This document shows positions 6,555 to 17,278 of a DNA stretch of 28,277 nucleotides, in pieces. The position numbers were made by a program, and so were the translations under genes. The DNA lies in the IMG/VR virus record IMGVR_UViG_2913167280_000009, positions 1 through 28,277 of that record. One strand, 5' to 3'. The notes under the pieces are model-generated. The model was given only the letters and a program-made list of their open reading frames with translations, did no database searches and was not told the DNA's origin. Every line of letters starts with the position of its first letter. The first letter of the stretch is position 1. The stretch is from a virus. Taxonomy: Duplodnaviria > Heunggongvirae > Uroviricota > Caudoviricetes.

Positions 6555-9342
6555 CATTCGGGTCGCCTTCAGTGCTGTTGACAGGCTGACCCGGCCAGCC
6601 GAAAACGCCCGCCGCCTGATGGGACAGTTTGGTGACTCCATCCAGCGAACGCAGGGGGCGATCAAAAATCTCGAGCGTCAGGCGCGTTCATTTGAGCGCG
6701 CCCGCGATGCTGTCAGTAAAGCGGATGCTGGCATCGTGAAAGCACGACGCCAGCTTAACGCCCTTCATCAGTTACAACGCACGGGTACTGTGCTCAGCGA
6801 AAAACAACAAAGGCTGATGCAGCAGTTAAGCACCCGGCTTGAACGCCTGAATGAATCGCGCACGCGGGAAATTCAGAAAATGCGGGAGCTTGGCGGAGAG
6901 CTTAAACGCCACGGTATTTCCCTGACAGGCAGCGATAACACCATCCAGCAGGCCATCAGACGCACCGAACAGTACAACAACCAGCTTGAACGCGAACGAC
7001 AGGCGCTTGCGCGTGTAACGCGGGCGCGTGAGCGGTATTCACGCGCGCAGGAAACTGCGGGAAAACTGAAAACAGGTGGTGCGCTGGCAACTGGTGCGGC
7101 AGCGGCTGGCGGCTATGCTGCCGGGCGTTTTTTGCAGCCCGCTATCGGATTCGGGAAAGAGATGTCCCGTGTGCAGGCGCTGACGCGAATTGACCAGAAC
7201 AGCCCGCAGTTTAAGGCGCTGCGTGAGCAGGCGCTAAAGCTCGGCTCTGAAACGCAGTTTACTGCGAGTGATGCCGCCAGTGGGCAGGCATTTCTTGCTA
7301 TGGCTGGCTTCACACCAGAAGCCATTCAGGCTGCGCTTCCCGGCGTGCTGAGCATGGCAACGGCTGGCGGTATGGACCTTGGCGAGACGGCGGATATTGG
7401 CTCAAATATCCTGACGCAGTTCGGCCTCTCTGCTGACCAGATGGACCGGGTCGGCGACACACTTACTGCGGCGTTTACCCGTACTAACACCGACCTTCGC
7501 GCGCTGGGCGAAACCATGAAATATGCAGGTCCGGTGGCGGGTAAGCTGGGAATATCGCTGGAGCAGGCCGCAGCGATGGCGGGCGTGCTGGCGAATATGG
7601 GTATCAGAGGGAGTGATGCCGGGACGGCAATGCGTGCCAGCCTTGCTCGTCTGGCATCACCGCCAAAGGCGGCAGCAGAGGCGCTGAAAGAGCTTGGTGT
7701 GGCTGTCTCTGATGCGAACGGCAAAATGCGCCCGATGGAGGATGTGCTGGCCGACCTTTATAAAGCCACCCGCAAATACGGGGAAGTTGACCGGGTATCG
7801 TTCTTTAAGGACATAGCCGGAGAAGAGGCCTTCACGTCATTTATGGCCCTCGTTGATGCGGCAGGTGACGGTTCTCTGCCCAAACTGAGAAAAGAACTTG
7901 AAGGCGCACGCGGTGAGGCTGAACGCACGGCAAAGGTTATGGCCAATAACCTTGATGGCGACCTGAAATCACTCGGCAGTGCATGGGAGGGGCTGCGTAT
8001 CCGCATTGCGGATCTGATTGACGGTCCGCTGCGCTCTGTCACGCAGTGGCTCACTCGGGTGGTCTCAAAGGTGACGGAGCTGGCGCAGGCCCATCCGGCA
8101 CTGACGCGCCAGCTACTGATTGCAGGCGGTGCGCTGCTGGCAATGACTGCAACGGTTGGCTCGTTGTCACTGGCTCTTGGGGTGCTTGCTGGCCCGCTGG
8201 CAAAACTGCGTCTTGGTTTTTCCCTCCTGACCGGATCAATGAATGCTGTCAGGGTCCTGCCAGCGCTGTGGGGAATGGTGGCGGGTTCCGTCTCTTTACT
8301 GGGAGGCGCTATCGGGGCGTTGTTCAGCCCGGTCGGTCTTATCGTAGCTGCGCTTGCCGGAGCTGCCGTTCTCATCTGGAAATACTGGGACCCAATCAGG
8401 GCATTTTTTGCCGGGGTGTTCAGCGGGATTATGGAGCGGCTGGCCCCGTTACGCGAAACCTTTGAACGGTTTGGCCCTGTTTTCGAACTGGTTCGTGATG
8501 GCGTGATTCAGGTCTTTAACTGGTTTACATCGCTGCTGTCACCGATGGAATCCAGCAAGGAAACGCTGGATAAATGCACCAGTGCTGGCGAGGTGTTCGG
8601 CAACGTTCTTGGCGGTGCGTTACAGCTTGTCCTGACGCCTGCAAAAATGCTGCTGGATACGCTGGCATGGATACTGGAAAAACTTGGCGTCCTTCCAGAT
8701 GAAGCGGAAAGGGCGAGAAAGAAAATCGAAGACGCGCAGCGTGCGGCCATTCTTCAGGACAAGGTTGCTTTGCTTCAGGGGGACCTGGCAAAAATCAATC
8801 CACCGAAGTCTGCGGAAACAGGGACCGGAGGCGATAAGCCTAAAGACAACAAGCCGCTCACGGACAACAACACTGGCACGCTGCGCAGGCTCAGCAAAAT
8901 TGCAGATAACACAGGCAGGCTGGTTGATGAGACGAAAAAGCGTATCGGCCCCGGTGATATTGTCTTTAAGAACCTGCCCCGTGCGCTTGCTGTTCGTGGG
9001 GAGTGGCAGGAGCGGAAGATTGCGCAGGTCAGTAGGCCTGCTTCCGCAATCAACATCACACCCGTGGTCCCGGCTCCGTTATCTCCGGTGTTGCCCCCTG
9101 TTGTTGCAGCAAGCTCCCGTCCGGTCGTGGAGGCCGCACGTGCGCCAGTTGCGCCCGTTTCCGCATCTTCCCGCAGCCGGGAGGCTGCGACCCCCGGATT
9201 TGGTGGTGAAATTCATGTCCATCTGCATAACGTTGTTACGCAGAATCCCCGCGAACTGGCGAAACTGGTCGGCGAAATGGTCAGGGCAGAACTGGAGCGG
9301 CGTACCCGTGCCGGGCGTGGCAGCTTTTATGATAAAGAGTAA
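6532..9342 (+). CDS. T: Tail tape measure protein T
   Basis: About 936 aa, helical N-terminal half, Gly/Ala-rich hydrophobic central segments, directly after E/E' and before U. Start ambiguous (GTG 6505, ATG 6532 or ATG 6541). Confidence 0.9.
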   Translation: MQTMKTLDIRVAFSAVDRLTRPAENARRLMGQFGDSIQRTQGAIKNLERQARSFERARDAVSKADAGIVKARRQLNALHQLQRTGTVLSEKQQRLMQQLSTRLERLNESRTREIQKMRELGGELKRHGISLTGSDNTIQQAIRRTEQYNNQLERERQALARVTRARERYSRAQETAGKLKTGGALATGAAAAGGYAAGRFLQPAIGFGKEMSRVQALTRIDQNSPQFKALREQALKLGSETQFTASDAASGQAFLAMAGFTPEAIQAALPGVLSMATAGGMDLGETADIGSNILTQFGLSADQMDRVGDTLTAAFTRTNTDLRALGETMKYAGPVAGKLGISLEQAAAMAGVLANMGIRGSDAGTAMRASLARLASPPKAAAEALKELGVAVSDANGKMRPMEDVLADLYKATRKYGEVDRVSFFKDIAGEEAFTSFMALVDAAGDGSLPKLRKELEGARGEAERTAKVMANNLDGDLKSLGSAWEGLRIRIADLIDGPLRSVTQWLTRVVSKVTELAQAHPALTRQLLIAGGALLAMTATVGSLSLALGVLAGPLAKLRLGFSLLTGSMNAVRVLPALWGMVAGSVSLLGGAIGALFSPVGLIVAALAGAAVLIWKYWDPIRAFFAGVFSGIMERLAPLRETFERFGPVFELVRDGVIQVFNWFTSLLSPMESSKETLDKCTSAGEVFGNVLGGALQLVLTPAKMLLDTLAWILEKLGVLPDEAERARKKIEDAQRAAILQDKVALLQGDLAKINPPKSAETGTGGDKPKDNKPLTDNNTGTLRRLSKIADNTGRLVDETKKRIGPGDIVFKNLPRALAVRGEWQERKIAQVSRPASAINITPVVPAPLSPVLPPVVAASSRPVVEAARAPVAPVSASSRSREAATPGFGGEIHVHLHNVVTQNPRELAKLVGEMVRAELERRTRAGRGSFYDKE

Positions 9343-9353
9343 GGAGTCGTGCC

Positions 9354-9842
9354 ATGATGATGATCTACGGCATGTTTGTTTTTGAATTGCGCACATTGCC
9401 GCATCAGCAGTTACAGCAAAACAAAAGCTGGCGACATGTGAAAAACGAGCGCGTTAACCGTTCAGCAAGCTGGCAGTATATCGGTGCAGGTGATGATCGC
9501 ATCGTTCTTTCTGGCGTGCTTTATCCTGAGATTACAGGCGGCGAAGTGTCGCTGTCGCTGCTGACCACGCAGGCGTATGCGGGACGCCCGTGGCCTCTGA
9601 TTGATGGCGTCGGGCAGATTTACGGCATGTATGTTCTGACCGAAACGAGCACGACCCGCTCTGAACTGGATCGCTACGGGAAAGCGAAAAAGATAGAGTT
9701 TTCCCTGACCCTTGAACGCTGTGATGAGGATTTGCGGGAACGCCTGCAATCCTCATCGTTCAGCGATATGCTGTCAGGCTTCAAAGATAAGGTGACATCA
9801 TCCCTTAACAGCGCGACCAGTTCGATTAAAGGGCTGTTCTGA
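9354..9842 (+). CDS. U: Tail protein U
   Basis: 162 aa starting MMMIYGMFVFELRTLPHQQLQ, typical gpU N-terminus; immediately after T. Confidence 0.85.
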   Translation: MMMIYGMFVFELRTLPHQQLQQNKSWRHVKNERVNRSASWQYIGAGDDRIVLSGVLYPEITGGEVSLSLLTTQAYAGRPWPLIDGVGQIYGMYVLTETSTTRSELDRYGKAKKIEFSLTLERCDEDLRERLQSSSFSDMLSGFKDKVTSSLNSATSSIKGLF

Positions 9843-9864
9843 GCTGCTCTGATTTAACGAAAAA

Positions 9865-9888
9865 ACCGCTAATAAATATATTGGCGGT
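9865..9888. terminator. Bidirectional rho-independent terminator between convergent U (+) and G/Tfa (-)
   Basis: ACCGCTAATA-AATA-TATTGGCGGT hairpin flanked by AAAAA upstream and TTTT downstream. Confidence 0.6.
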
Positions 9889-9912
9889 TTTGCTCCTTAA
9901 ATCACCTTACTT

Positions 9913-10488
9913 TTACACTAATTCTGGCCACTCTATATCAGGGGCATTTTCTGGCTGAACGCGGTTAAGTAATACCCGATATTTTTTCCATTTTGTCAGA
10001 CTTAATTTCTCTTCTTCTGTAGCCATATCCAAATCGACAGCATCCTGCAGAGTGGCAATAATTTCACCTGCATATGCAATCTGCTCTTTCTTCCGGGACT
10101 CTGCTGCCCTGACAAGCGCATCACGTTCTGCGCTCTCATCGTCCACCCACGCATTCCCGTTCCATTTCTGATAGTTGCCGGTCGGGGAAATTGTTGTTAC
10201 ATCAGATGGTAATGCGCCAAGTTCAGAAATATAAATGGCTGCTCCTGTTTTTGTTTCATAGACAGTCTTTCCGCGATGGTCTTCCATCAGTTCCCATTTC
10301 ATTTCATCTGCATTGAAAACGGCGGCAAAACCCGCTGGAATATCAGGAGGCGCAATATCTGTGCTGTTTGCAGGCAGACCTGTATGCGGTGGAATATATG
10401 CGTCACCTTCTCCAATAAATTCATTTGTACCATCGAGATAATTAAATACGCGAATGGTTTGTGCTTCAGCACTCATTCTGAAAGTCAT
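9913..10488 (-). CDS. Tail fibre assembly protein (Tfa; P2 gpG / lambda Tfa family)
   Basis: [34 protein letters not shown] is nearly identical to lambda Tfa; C-terminal [19 protein letters not shown] motif; ATG at 10488 with GAGG RBS (track start 10494 is an upstream GTG). Confidence 0.9.
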   Translation of the reverse strand: MTFRMSAEAQTIRVFNYLDGTNEFIGEGDAYIPPHTGLPANSTDIAPPDIPAGFAAVFNADEMKWELMEDHRGKTVYETKTGAAIYISELGALPSDVTTISPTGNYQKWNGNAWVDDESAERDALVRAAESRKKEQIAYAGEIIATLQDAVDLDMATEEEKLSLTKWKKYRVLLNRVQPENAPDIEWPELV

Positions 10489-10512
10489 TTTCACCTCTAA
10501 TCAGAGAAAGAA

Positions 10513-11382
10513 TTATTGTTTATGTGGGGTATGGGAATGAGCACCAATGGTGATATTCCTTCCGTGGCTGTGTGCGCCAATGGCAATATTACCTACGGAT
10601 TTTACCGGATTAATCTGATGCATATGTGCCCCCGGGCGAGAACGATTATTAGTCAGCACGTCATCAACCTGATGTTCAGGATTAATGCATACCTGCCCTG
10701 ACCGTAAGCAATACGTCCGATAATCTCCGAGTCCAATATATTTAATATCCGCATAACGACAGGCAGGAGTACCCGGGCAGTATGCGCATGTATTAAATAC
10801 TTCTAACTGGCGGGAGTGTGCGTATTCCCAGTTAATTGCTTCTGTTTTTTTACTAAAGTTATCCCATGCCTGCTTCATCTGCCGGGCAACACTTTCAAAC
10901 GGCACCTGACCACATCCGGCCCCCATTGCAGGGAATACCACCGTCTTTATTTTCCTGTCTGTCGTTGCATTTTTATTGTGCTGAAAGATGGCAAGTAAAG
11001 CAGCCCACGTGGCGTTATATACAGCGTCTGTTCCGTCAATGGTCAGCGGAACGCGCATTGTTGGCGCATGTACCAGCCAGGGATGGTTGTTATCCCCCGT
11101 TTCAATAACAAATGCAGTGCCTACAGGCTGCTCACCAAGATATTCACGAAGAATATGATTCTGAACACGTGTCTGTAACTGAGTACCAAAGAATGCAGTA
11201 ATGGCAGCGTCAACGCCGCCATCCATTAGCCCGAAACTGTTTGCCGCACTGACCATGCAGTCAAATTCCGGGATTGCTTCAAATGGTTTTTCTACAACAT
11301 CCACATTATCTGCATTTGCGAATACCCGCTTAAATGCTTCAGCCATTTCAGGTACTGGTGCTGAAAGAATTAAATTAATCAT
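10513..11382 (-). CDS. Macrodomain (ADP-ribose binding/processing fold) protein with Cys-rich linker and His-rich fibre-tip-like C-terminus; function unknown
   Basis: 289 aa. N-terminal ~180 aa carry macrodomain signatures: [21 protein letters not shown] (compare VNAAN..GGGVDGAI), [14 protein letters not shown] (compare FPAISTGVYG). C-terminus has GAHxH repeats. Start ATG overlaps the H stop (ATGA). Confidence 0.7.
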   Translation of the reverse strand: MINLILSAPVPEMAEAFKRVFANADNVDVVEKPFEAIPEFDCMVSAANSFGLMDGGVDAAITAFFGTQLQTRVQNHILREYLGEQPVGTAFVIETGDNNHPWLVHAPTMRVPLTIDGTDAVYNATWAALLAIFQHNKNATTDRKIKTVVFPAMGAGCGQVPFESVARQMKQAWDNFSKKTEAINWEYAHSRQLEVFNTCAYCPGTPACRYADIKYIGLGDYRTYCLRSGQVCINPEHQVDDVLTNNRSRPGAHMHQINPVKSVGNIAIGAHSHGRNITIGAHSHTPHKQ

Positions 11383-13832
11383 GCAAGCCTCACAATATAG
11401 TTATATGCAATGTTTTTTACGGTGTTTTCCGCATTACCAGTAGCGTTAACCGTGATGGTATGTCCGTGCGCACCCAATGCCACAGTGTGTGCATGGGCAC
11501 CAATGCCAACCGTGTGATTATGCTGACCAATATCAACAGTATGGGCGTGCGCTCCGGCAGAGCTTGACACCTGGTTGGTTCCTGATACCTGTACGCGTTG
11601 TTTACCACCAACAGAGTCACCACCATAGCGACCACCGACAGTGTGCGTATGTGCTCCCGTATTGTTTGTCGTTTTTGTACCGTGGTTAAACGTGCTTACC
11701 GTTTTTGTCCCGTAATCAAATGAGCTGGTCGTTTTAGTACCGAGGTCAGTATTTGATGCGCTGGCACTGTGGGTGTGCGACTTGATGCCATCCTGTTCCT
11801 GAGACAATACGGCGCGACCACTGGCAGGTTTACCCTTAATTGTCCAGCCACGCATATCAGGAATAACCCCGGACGGATAGGCAACCGCAAGTTTAGGGTA
11901 AGAGCCTTTATCAAAACTTTGCCCCTGCATAATGGCATAGCCTGTAGGTACTGAATCAGAAGGCCACGGAATTGGAGACCCCACAGGGTAAAGCTCTGTC
12001 GGAGGATGTGCCGATGTGTAAAGCTGATCCCAATCCTCTTCAAAACCATAGCCGTCTCTTGATGAACGGTAGAACAGGCCTCCATTTCTGTAATGCGCCT
12101 TCATCTGCAAGGTGCGGCAACTTCCGACTCCGGTATAGAAGTTAACCAGAATATAGCTGTCGCCAGAGCGGGTGACATTGTAAGCGCCTGATTCAGCATT
12201 CCAGGGAACGCCCCCATCAGCATCGGCATACGTACCCGTTGCTCTTCTGGCAAAAGCAGCAACATGCGCAGCGGTTAAAGTAATATCTTTGGAACCATCA
12301 AACTCAACCCCAGAAACCCGTCTGGGCGTTTGCAGCTTTGTAGCTGTCGATGCGTTACCGTTCAGACTTGCGGACAGTTTGGTTCCAACAGTCAGTTCAC
12401 CAGTTGCGTTATCAACAGCAAACGCTCTCAATGCATTATGTTCGCCATAAACATCACCTTTGTTGGTAAGCAGCAGGTAAGTTTTAGCGCCGTCATTTCT
12501 CCATAACGCACCGTATTCCCCGCCTATCATTCGAATCTGATTGCCGCCGCGCGCTACAATTTCGTCTGTTGCGAACAGTTTTTTACACGACAAATTGTCG
12601 TTAACGATTAACGAATGGGACTCATAAAAACCGCGCCCACTTTTAAAATCAAGGATAACGTCAGCCGCGACACATTCTGTCGCCGGATTTATTGCTCCAA
12701 ACTTATAGGTCGTATCATTGACAACGAGATCTGCGGCCGGAACGGATATTGACAGACCATCTTCGATAAACGCAAAAACAGGGAAAGCAGCGCCATCAAC
12801 ATAGAACACAGAGCGCAAATCATCGCCCTTATTACTCATCATTATTGAGTGAATGGCTCGTTCATTGTTTTGATATTGCCAGAACATTCCATAGGCATAA
12901 CGCCCCCTGTCAGTCCAGCCGCCAGGCATAACGAATCCATTAAACTCACAGTTATTTAGTGGATCGTTCGCAGTTCGTGTTGCGGTAGTAATAATTACTC
13001 TTGATGCCAGCTCGCTTACTGAGCCAGCAGAGCGCATAACAACAACAGGGTAATATTTCCCCGGTGTTGCACCTGCCGGAGCATTAACGCGCACATAACG
13101 CATGCCATGCTTAGCAGCAAAGTCGGTTTTGCTGACCGCATTAATGTTGTTCAGGAAAGCGCCCTTATCTGGAATATCGTTACCGTTCTGGTCTTTCTGC
13201 AGACGTTTCTCAGCATTGTCATAGGCTGATTTTACTGCCTTTGGCGTTGCTGCCAGTGACTCGGAGGTGCTGTTGGTCGCACTGCTTAACTGAGTAAAGC
13301 CTTTTGCGGTCAGCGAGGCATCCGGGTGACGTCGTGACTGTTCATGCTCTTTTAGTTTGTTATCCACGTAATCCACCGTGGCCATCACCATGGTGTTATC
13401 CACGGTAAGCGCCACGGTGGCAGTGCTGGATACAGTCAGGATGGTGCGAAATGTTTGCGCACGCCCTGACCCTTCGGCAACGGCTGGCTTGTAACTTTCG
13501 GCAGTATTGCCCACCGCGATTAAATCACCGTGCTCATCAAACACACCAATTTCCCGGATCCAGAATCCGCCCGTTTCTGGAGGAATAACCAGCTCCGCAA
13601 TAATGCGGTTCTGATGTGTTTCGTCCTGGGTGACACGATTAACGGTATGTCGCCACACCTCATGCACGAGACGGGTCTGCTTACTGTCTGGCGTGGGTAA
13701 AGTACCACCGCCGTCGCCCACGGCCATATGAGTCAGGCGGACAGGCTTACCATCTGGCGCGGCTGCCTGAGCTAATTTTTTTGCACCCGTATCGGTGATA
13801 ACGGTTTTAAATTTTCGTGTTGTGGTACTCAT
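11379..13832 (-). CDS. H: Tail fibre protein H
   Basis: 817 aa; N-terminal ~220 aa match P2 H ([67 protein letters not shown]); C-terminal tip with HxH repeats. Confidence 0.9.
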   Translation of the reverse strand: MSTTTRKFKTVITDTGAKKLAQAAAPDGKPVRLTHMAVGDGGGTLPTPDSKQTRLVHEVWRHTVNRVTQDETHQNRIIAELVIPPETGGFWIREIGVFDEHGDLIAVGNTAESYKPAVAEGSGRAQTFRTILTVSSTATVALTVDNTMVMATVDYVDNKLKEHEQSRRHPDASLTAKGFTQLSSATNSTSESLAATPKAVKSAYDNAEKRLQKDQNGNDIPDKGAFLNNINAVSKTDFAAKHGMRYVRVNAPAGATPGKYYPVVVMRSAGSVSELASRVIITTATRTANDPLNNCEFNGFVMPGGWTDRGRYAYGMFWQYQNNERAIHSIMMSNKGDDLRSVFYVDGAAFPVFAFIEDGLSISVPAADLVVNDTTYKFGAINPATECVAADVILDFKSGRGFYESHSLIVNDNLSCKKLFATDEIVARGGNQIRMIGGEYGALWRNDGAKTYLLLTNKGDVYGEHNALRAFAVDNATGELTVGTKLSASLNGNASTATKLQTPRRVSGVEFDGSKDITLTAAHVAAFARRATGTYADADGGVPWNAESGAYNVTRSGDSYILVNFYTGVGSCRTLQMKAHYRNGGLFYRSSRDGYGFEEDWDQLYTSAHPPTELYPVGSPIPWPSDSVPTGYAIMQGQSFDKGSYPKLAVAYPSGVIPDMRGWTIKGKPASGRAVLSQEQDGIKSHTHSASASNTDLGTKTTSSFDYGTKTVSTFNHGTKTTNNTGAHTHTVGGRYGGDSVGGKQRVQVSGTNQVSSSAGAHAHTVDIGQHNHTVGIGAHAHTVALGAHGHTITVNATGNAENTVKNIAYNYIVRLA

Positions 13833-13834
13833 GC

Positions 13835-14365
13835 TTAATCGCCTGGATAAATGGTAATAACTTCACCGTCATAAGTTGCCGCCGCTGCGAAAATATCCCC
13901 CGGGATTTCCTGAATGATATTCAGCCCTGTCATGTGGCGGCTGACCGGGCGGGCATCAGCAATCAACCGCTCCATTTCCAGATACATTTCCTCCGTCACA
14001 CCGCTGTCCAGCGTGCCGACTTCAACGGTAAATGTTCCCGGCTCTCCGCCGAACTCCCACCACTCAGACACGCGAATGAGGTATCCCAGCGGCTCAATGG
14101 CCCGGCGCAGTGCGCTGATGGTCCCTTTGTGTCGGTGTATCAGCCATGCATCACGAATAACCTGTCGCTTTGTCCCTTCCGGCCAGTTGCGATCCCAGCG
14201 GTCAACGGAAAATGCCCAGGCGAGATAAGGCAGCAGATGCACCGGGCAGGTGTCCGGTGACCACAGCGTGTTGAGGTCTACCGGAATGTCTGTAATGCGC
14301 GTTCCGACGGCTTCGGCACAACGCATGAAACTGCTGGCTGATGGCGGTAACAGTGAATTACTCAT
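13835..14365 (-). CDS. I: Baseplate/tail protein I
   Basis: Matches P2 gpI ([25 protein letters not shown]); start chosen at the internal Met (MSNSLLP). Confidence 0.85.
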   Translation of the reverse strand: MSNSLLPPSASSFMRCAEAVGTRITDIPVDLNTLWSPDTCPVHLLPYLAWAFSVDRWDRNWPEGTKRQVIRDAWLIHRHKGTISALRRAIEPLGYLIRVSEWWEFGGEPGTFTVEVGTLDSGVTEEMYLEMERLIADARPVSRHMTGLNIIQEIPGDIFAAAATYDGEVITIYPGD

Positions 14366-15254
14366 TGCGCCCACCTTCGCTGATGGTGAATGACTCACAG
14401 CGCGCCGCCTGTATGTCGCTGATGGCCAGATTCTGGGTGGGTTCGATTATCTCCACGCGTTGCACGCCGTGCACATGAAGTGCGGCAGCAATGGCGGACA
14501 ACGCCACGTCCTGACCGATAAGCCCCTGTTCAGCCAGCCACTTCCTGAATGACGATTCCGCCGCGGCCAGAATAGGTTCGGATTCCGGGCCGGGGTAAAA
14601 GTACAGTTTTGCATTCAGCCGCCATGTCACGATTCTGGCGCTCTGTACGGTCAGGCGGTCGGCCACCGGGCGGGTGTCCTCCGCGTTCAGAGCAGTGCGA
14701 ACGGTATTGAGCAATGCCTCCGTTGCTGTGCCGTCGCCTTCAGTGGACAGGATGGAGACCGTCACGTTGGCCGGAGACGGGCTGATAGCCCGCGCATCAC
14801 GCACCAGACCGCTGGCACTGCGGGCAAAATACTCGTATGCACCTGACGGGCCAGCAACGCTCAGCCCGTCATACGCCCGCTGCGCCCGCAGTCTCAGCGA
14901 GGTGTCGCTTTCCATCACTGCGTCGGTGGTATCCGTTGCCGGAGTGATAACCAGGCGCTTTGTGTTCATATTACCCGCGAGGTTGTCCAGGTCTGTCCCG
15001 GCGCTGTGGCTTAACATGCAGGCGCGTGCGCCCTCGTTGACCCGCTGGCGTAACAGCATTTCACGAAATGCTGTTGTCTGGGCGATAACGTTCAGGGGTT
15101 CCGATTCCAGCTCCAGCGCTGCGGAGACGGCGGCGCGCTGTTCGGCCGGATAAGCCGCAATCATCATGGCCTTTGTGTCAGCCAGAATTGCCTCAAAGTC
15201 AGGCTCCGCGATGATGGCGGGTTCCGGTAACTGTGAAAGGTCAACGGCGGGCAT
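14358..15254 (-). CDS. J: Baseplate assembly protein J
   Basis: 298 aa, position between W and I and size as P2 gpJ. Confidence 0.85.
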   Translation of the reverse strand: MPAVDLSQLPEPAIIAEPDFEAILADTKAMMIAAYPAEQRAAVSAALELESEPLNVIAQTTAFREMLLRQRVNEGARACMLSHSAGTDLDNLAGNMNTKRLVITPATDTTDAVMESDTSLRLRAQRAYDGLSVAGPSGAYEYFARSASGLVRDARAISPSPANVTVSILSTEGDGTATEALLNTVRTALNAEDTRPVADRLTVQSARIVTWRLNAKLYFYPGPESEPILAAAESSFRKWLAEQGLIGQDVALSAIAAALHVHGVQRVEIIEPTQNLAISDIQAARCESFTISEGGRNE

Positions 15255-15257
15255 GAT

Positions 15258-15608
15258 TTACTCCCTCAGCGTGATGGTTAATTCAACATTCTGCATGGTC
15301 TGAATGACAGTACCCGATAGTGTCACCCCGGCGCGCCCCCCCGCCTTCCAGACAACATCAATGGCATTCAGGGCAATGCGTGGCTCCCATCGTGTCAGTG
15401 CAATCACAGCAGCGCTCATGCATTGCAGACGCGTGGTGTTATTCATGGGTTCGTCAATCAAATCAGGGACAAGACTGCCATATTCCCGTCGCATAACCCG
15501 GCTTGCCAGCGGAGTGGTCAGGATGTCCCTGACTGACTGTTTCAGGTGCTCCATATCGTTCAGGTTTCCCGTCCCGTCCGGGTTCATTCCTGTGTAGCGG
15601 GTTGTCAC
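15258..15608 (-). CDS. W: Baseplate protein W (gp25-like)
   Basis: 116 aa; size and position between V and J. Confidence 0.85.
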   Translation of the reverse strand: MTTRYTGMNPDGTGNLNDMEHLKQSVRDILTTPLASRVMRREYGSLVPDLIDEPMNNTTRLQCMSAAVIALTRWEPRIALNAIDVVWKAGGRAGVTLSGTVIQTMQNVELTITLRE

Positions 15609-16186
15609 TGCGGGCCTCCTGTCGAATCGCTGCCACCTTTAACGCCACCGTGTTTATGCGTATGCACAGTGATGCCGTTTGAGGTGAAATTGCCGCCGCT
15701 GTGCGTGATATTGCCGCTCATCTTTCCCCCTTTTGTGACGTCAATCTCGGCTGTTTTCAGAAGGTTTGTGCACTCCACGACGGGCGTGTCCAGTTTCACG
15801 CTGACGGATGCCTGCAGGGTGGCCGTTTTCATGCCGCTGGCGCCCAGTGCGCCTGCGTCCGCGTCGTAGCGGAACAACGCGCCATCCGGCGCGCTGACCA
15901 CGATTTCTTTCAGGCTTTTTCCGGGGGCCGGAATGTCATCGCTCCACAGGCTGCCAATTATCATGGCTGTTTCCGGGTTGCCGCCGATGCAGGCAATTGC
16001 CACCTGTTCGCCCACTGATGGCGGCAGCCACACATTGAAGGCTCCCGCGCGCGTGGTGTTCCAGCGCAACCAGCCTGTTTCCAGTCCGCCGCTGAGGACC
16101 CGCACGCACCAGGATTTCTCATCAACTTCAGAGATGATCCCGGTGCGGATGATATTGCTCAGCAGTCTCATAAGTTCTGCGTTCAC
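15605..16186 (-). CDS. V: Baseplate spike/assembly protein V
   Basis: 193 aa; Gly-rich C-terminus, position upstream of W. Confidence 0.85.
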   Translation of the reverse strand: MNAELMRLLSNIIRTGIISEVDEKSWCVRVLSGGLETGWLRWNTTRAGAFNVWLPPSVGEQVAIACIGGNPETAMIIGSLWSDDIPAPGKSLKEIVVSAPDGALFRYDADAGALGASGMKTATLQASVSVKLDTPVVECTNLLKTAEIDVTKGGKMSGNITHSGGNFTSNGITVHTHKHGGVKGGSDSTGGPQ

Positions 16187-16818
16187 TGTACTGCCTCCGC
16201 AATCCGGCCCAGCACCGTGTTATAAATCAGGCGCTCATCCGCCTGACTGATACCCAGCAGCTCACGTACCGGGTAATCGGTGAAAGTACCCGGCGCAACC
16301 TGATCGCGTTCACCGAACTGATGAACGCGTGCAATACGTGCGGCCACGCCGCTGTAACCCACTGTCACACCGGAGGCATCCGCGCGGGCTTTCAGGTAAC
16401 GGGCGGTGCGCAGCTTTATGAACATGGGGACGTGCTTTGTGCTGTCCTGGTTGATACGCCGGGTGCGTATTTCCAGAAAACGGTCGATGTCATCCCGGTA
16501 AAACGTGCGGATATTGTTTTTATCCTCATCCCACCCGGTAATGGTTCGCCCGTATTTCCCTGTGTCGTGATGCCAGTTTTTCAGCGTGCGTGTTTCGTTA
16601 TTCCAGATAAAGCGAATGCGCTCCTGTATCCGGGTTACGCGGCGTCTGCGTGGTGTCCATGCGGTCCCGTCCGGTGCTTTCTGTGACCGGATGCGCGCCT
16701 GCTGGGCGCGGCGTAAATCTTGTGCCAGCCTTCTGGCGATGTTATTGATGGCCTGCTGATTCAGGCTGTCGCGGATAGCCCCGAAGGTTTCATCCGCGCG
16801 GGTGAATGCCTTATCCAT
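16183..16818 (-). CDS. S: Virion morphogenesis / tail completion protein S
   Basis: Position between R and V; longer than P2 S (211 vs ~150 aa), start may be internal. Confidence 0.7.
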   Translation of the reverse strand: MDKAFTRADETFGAIRDSLNQQAINNIARRLAQDLRRAQQARIRSQKAPDGTAWTPRRRRVTRIQERIRFIWNNETRTLKNWHHDTGKYGRTITGWDEDKNNIRTFYRDDIDRFLEIRTRRINQDSTKHVPMFIKLRTARYLKARADASGVTVGYSGVAARIARVHQFGERDQVAPGTFTDYPVRELLGISQADERLIYNTVLGRIAEAVQ

Positions 16819-17278
16819 CGCTTTCGCCCCACGTCACATCCTGGAATACATGTGACCAGTCGCCTTCGGAAGATGGCAGGCGGGGTTTTGGCTCCGGCAG
16901 GTGTTCTGCCCGCGGTGTGCCCTGACTGCTGCGCGTGACGCGAACGCGCTCCCGCAGGGGCAGTGTAAACAGGATGTCGGCGCTGTCATCGTCATTAATA
17001 ACGGCAGAAAATTTGATGTCCTGATTACGCTCAGGGTTGAGCAACAACTGTGGCTGATTCTCCGACAACCACGCCAGCAGCGGCAGCGTCAGGTCGTCAA
17101 GCTCCCCGGCGTAATCCATGACAAACATCACCATCTGATAGCGGTAAGCAAACGAGGGAGTTTCTCCGGTCGTTTCAATGTTGCCGCTCTCCACGAAAAT
17201 GGTGAATTTCTCCGGGTTGGCGTGACACCATCGACATGAACGGGTCATGGCTTCACGCAGGGAATCAGTTTTCAGCAT
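16811..17278 (-). CDS. R: Tail completion protein R
   Basis: 155 aa, same size and position as P2 gpR. Confidence 0.8.
   Translation of the reverse strand: MLKTDSLREAMTRSCRWCHANPEKFTIFVESGNIETTGETPSFAYRYQMVMFVMDYAGELDDLTLPLLAWLSENQPQLLLNPERNQDIKFSAVINDDDSADILFTLPLRERVRVTRSSQGTPRAEHLPEPKPRLPSSEGDWSHVFQDVTWGESDG

Noticed and set aside
7113-9396. Multiple antisense and alternative-frame ORFs within the tape measure gene, including a 233-aa + strand ORF at 8684..9385
   Set aside because: The tape measure gene is GC-rich and stop-poor in several frames; only the 945-aa frame gives a tape-measure-like protein flanked correctly by E' and U.
11417-12085. Antisense ORFs within tail fibre gene H
   Set aside because: Lie entirely within the H coding region, which has strong P2 H similarity on the opposite strand.
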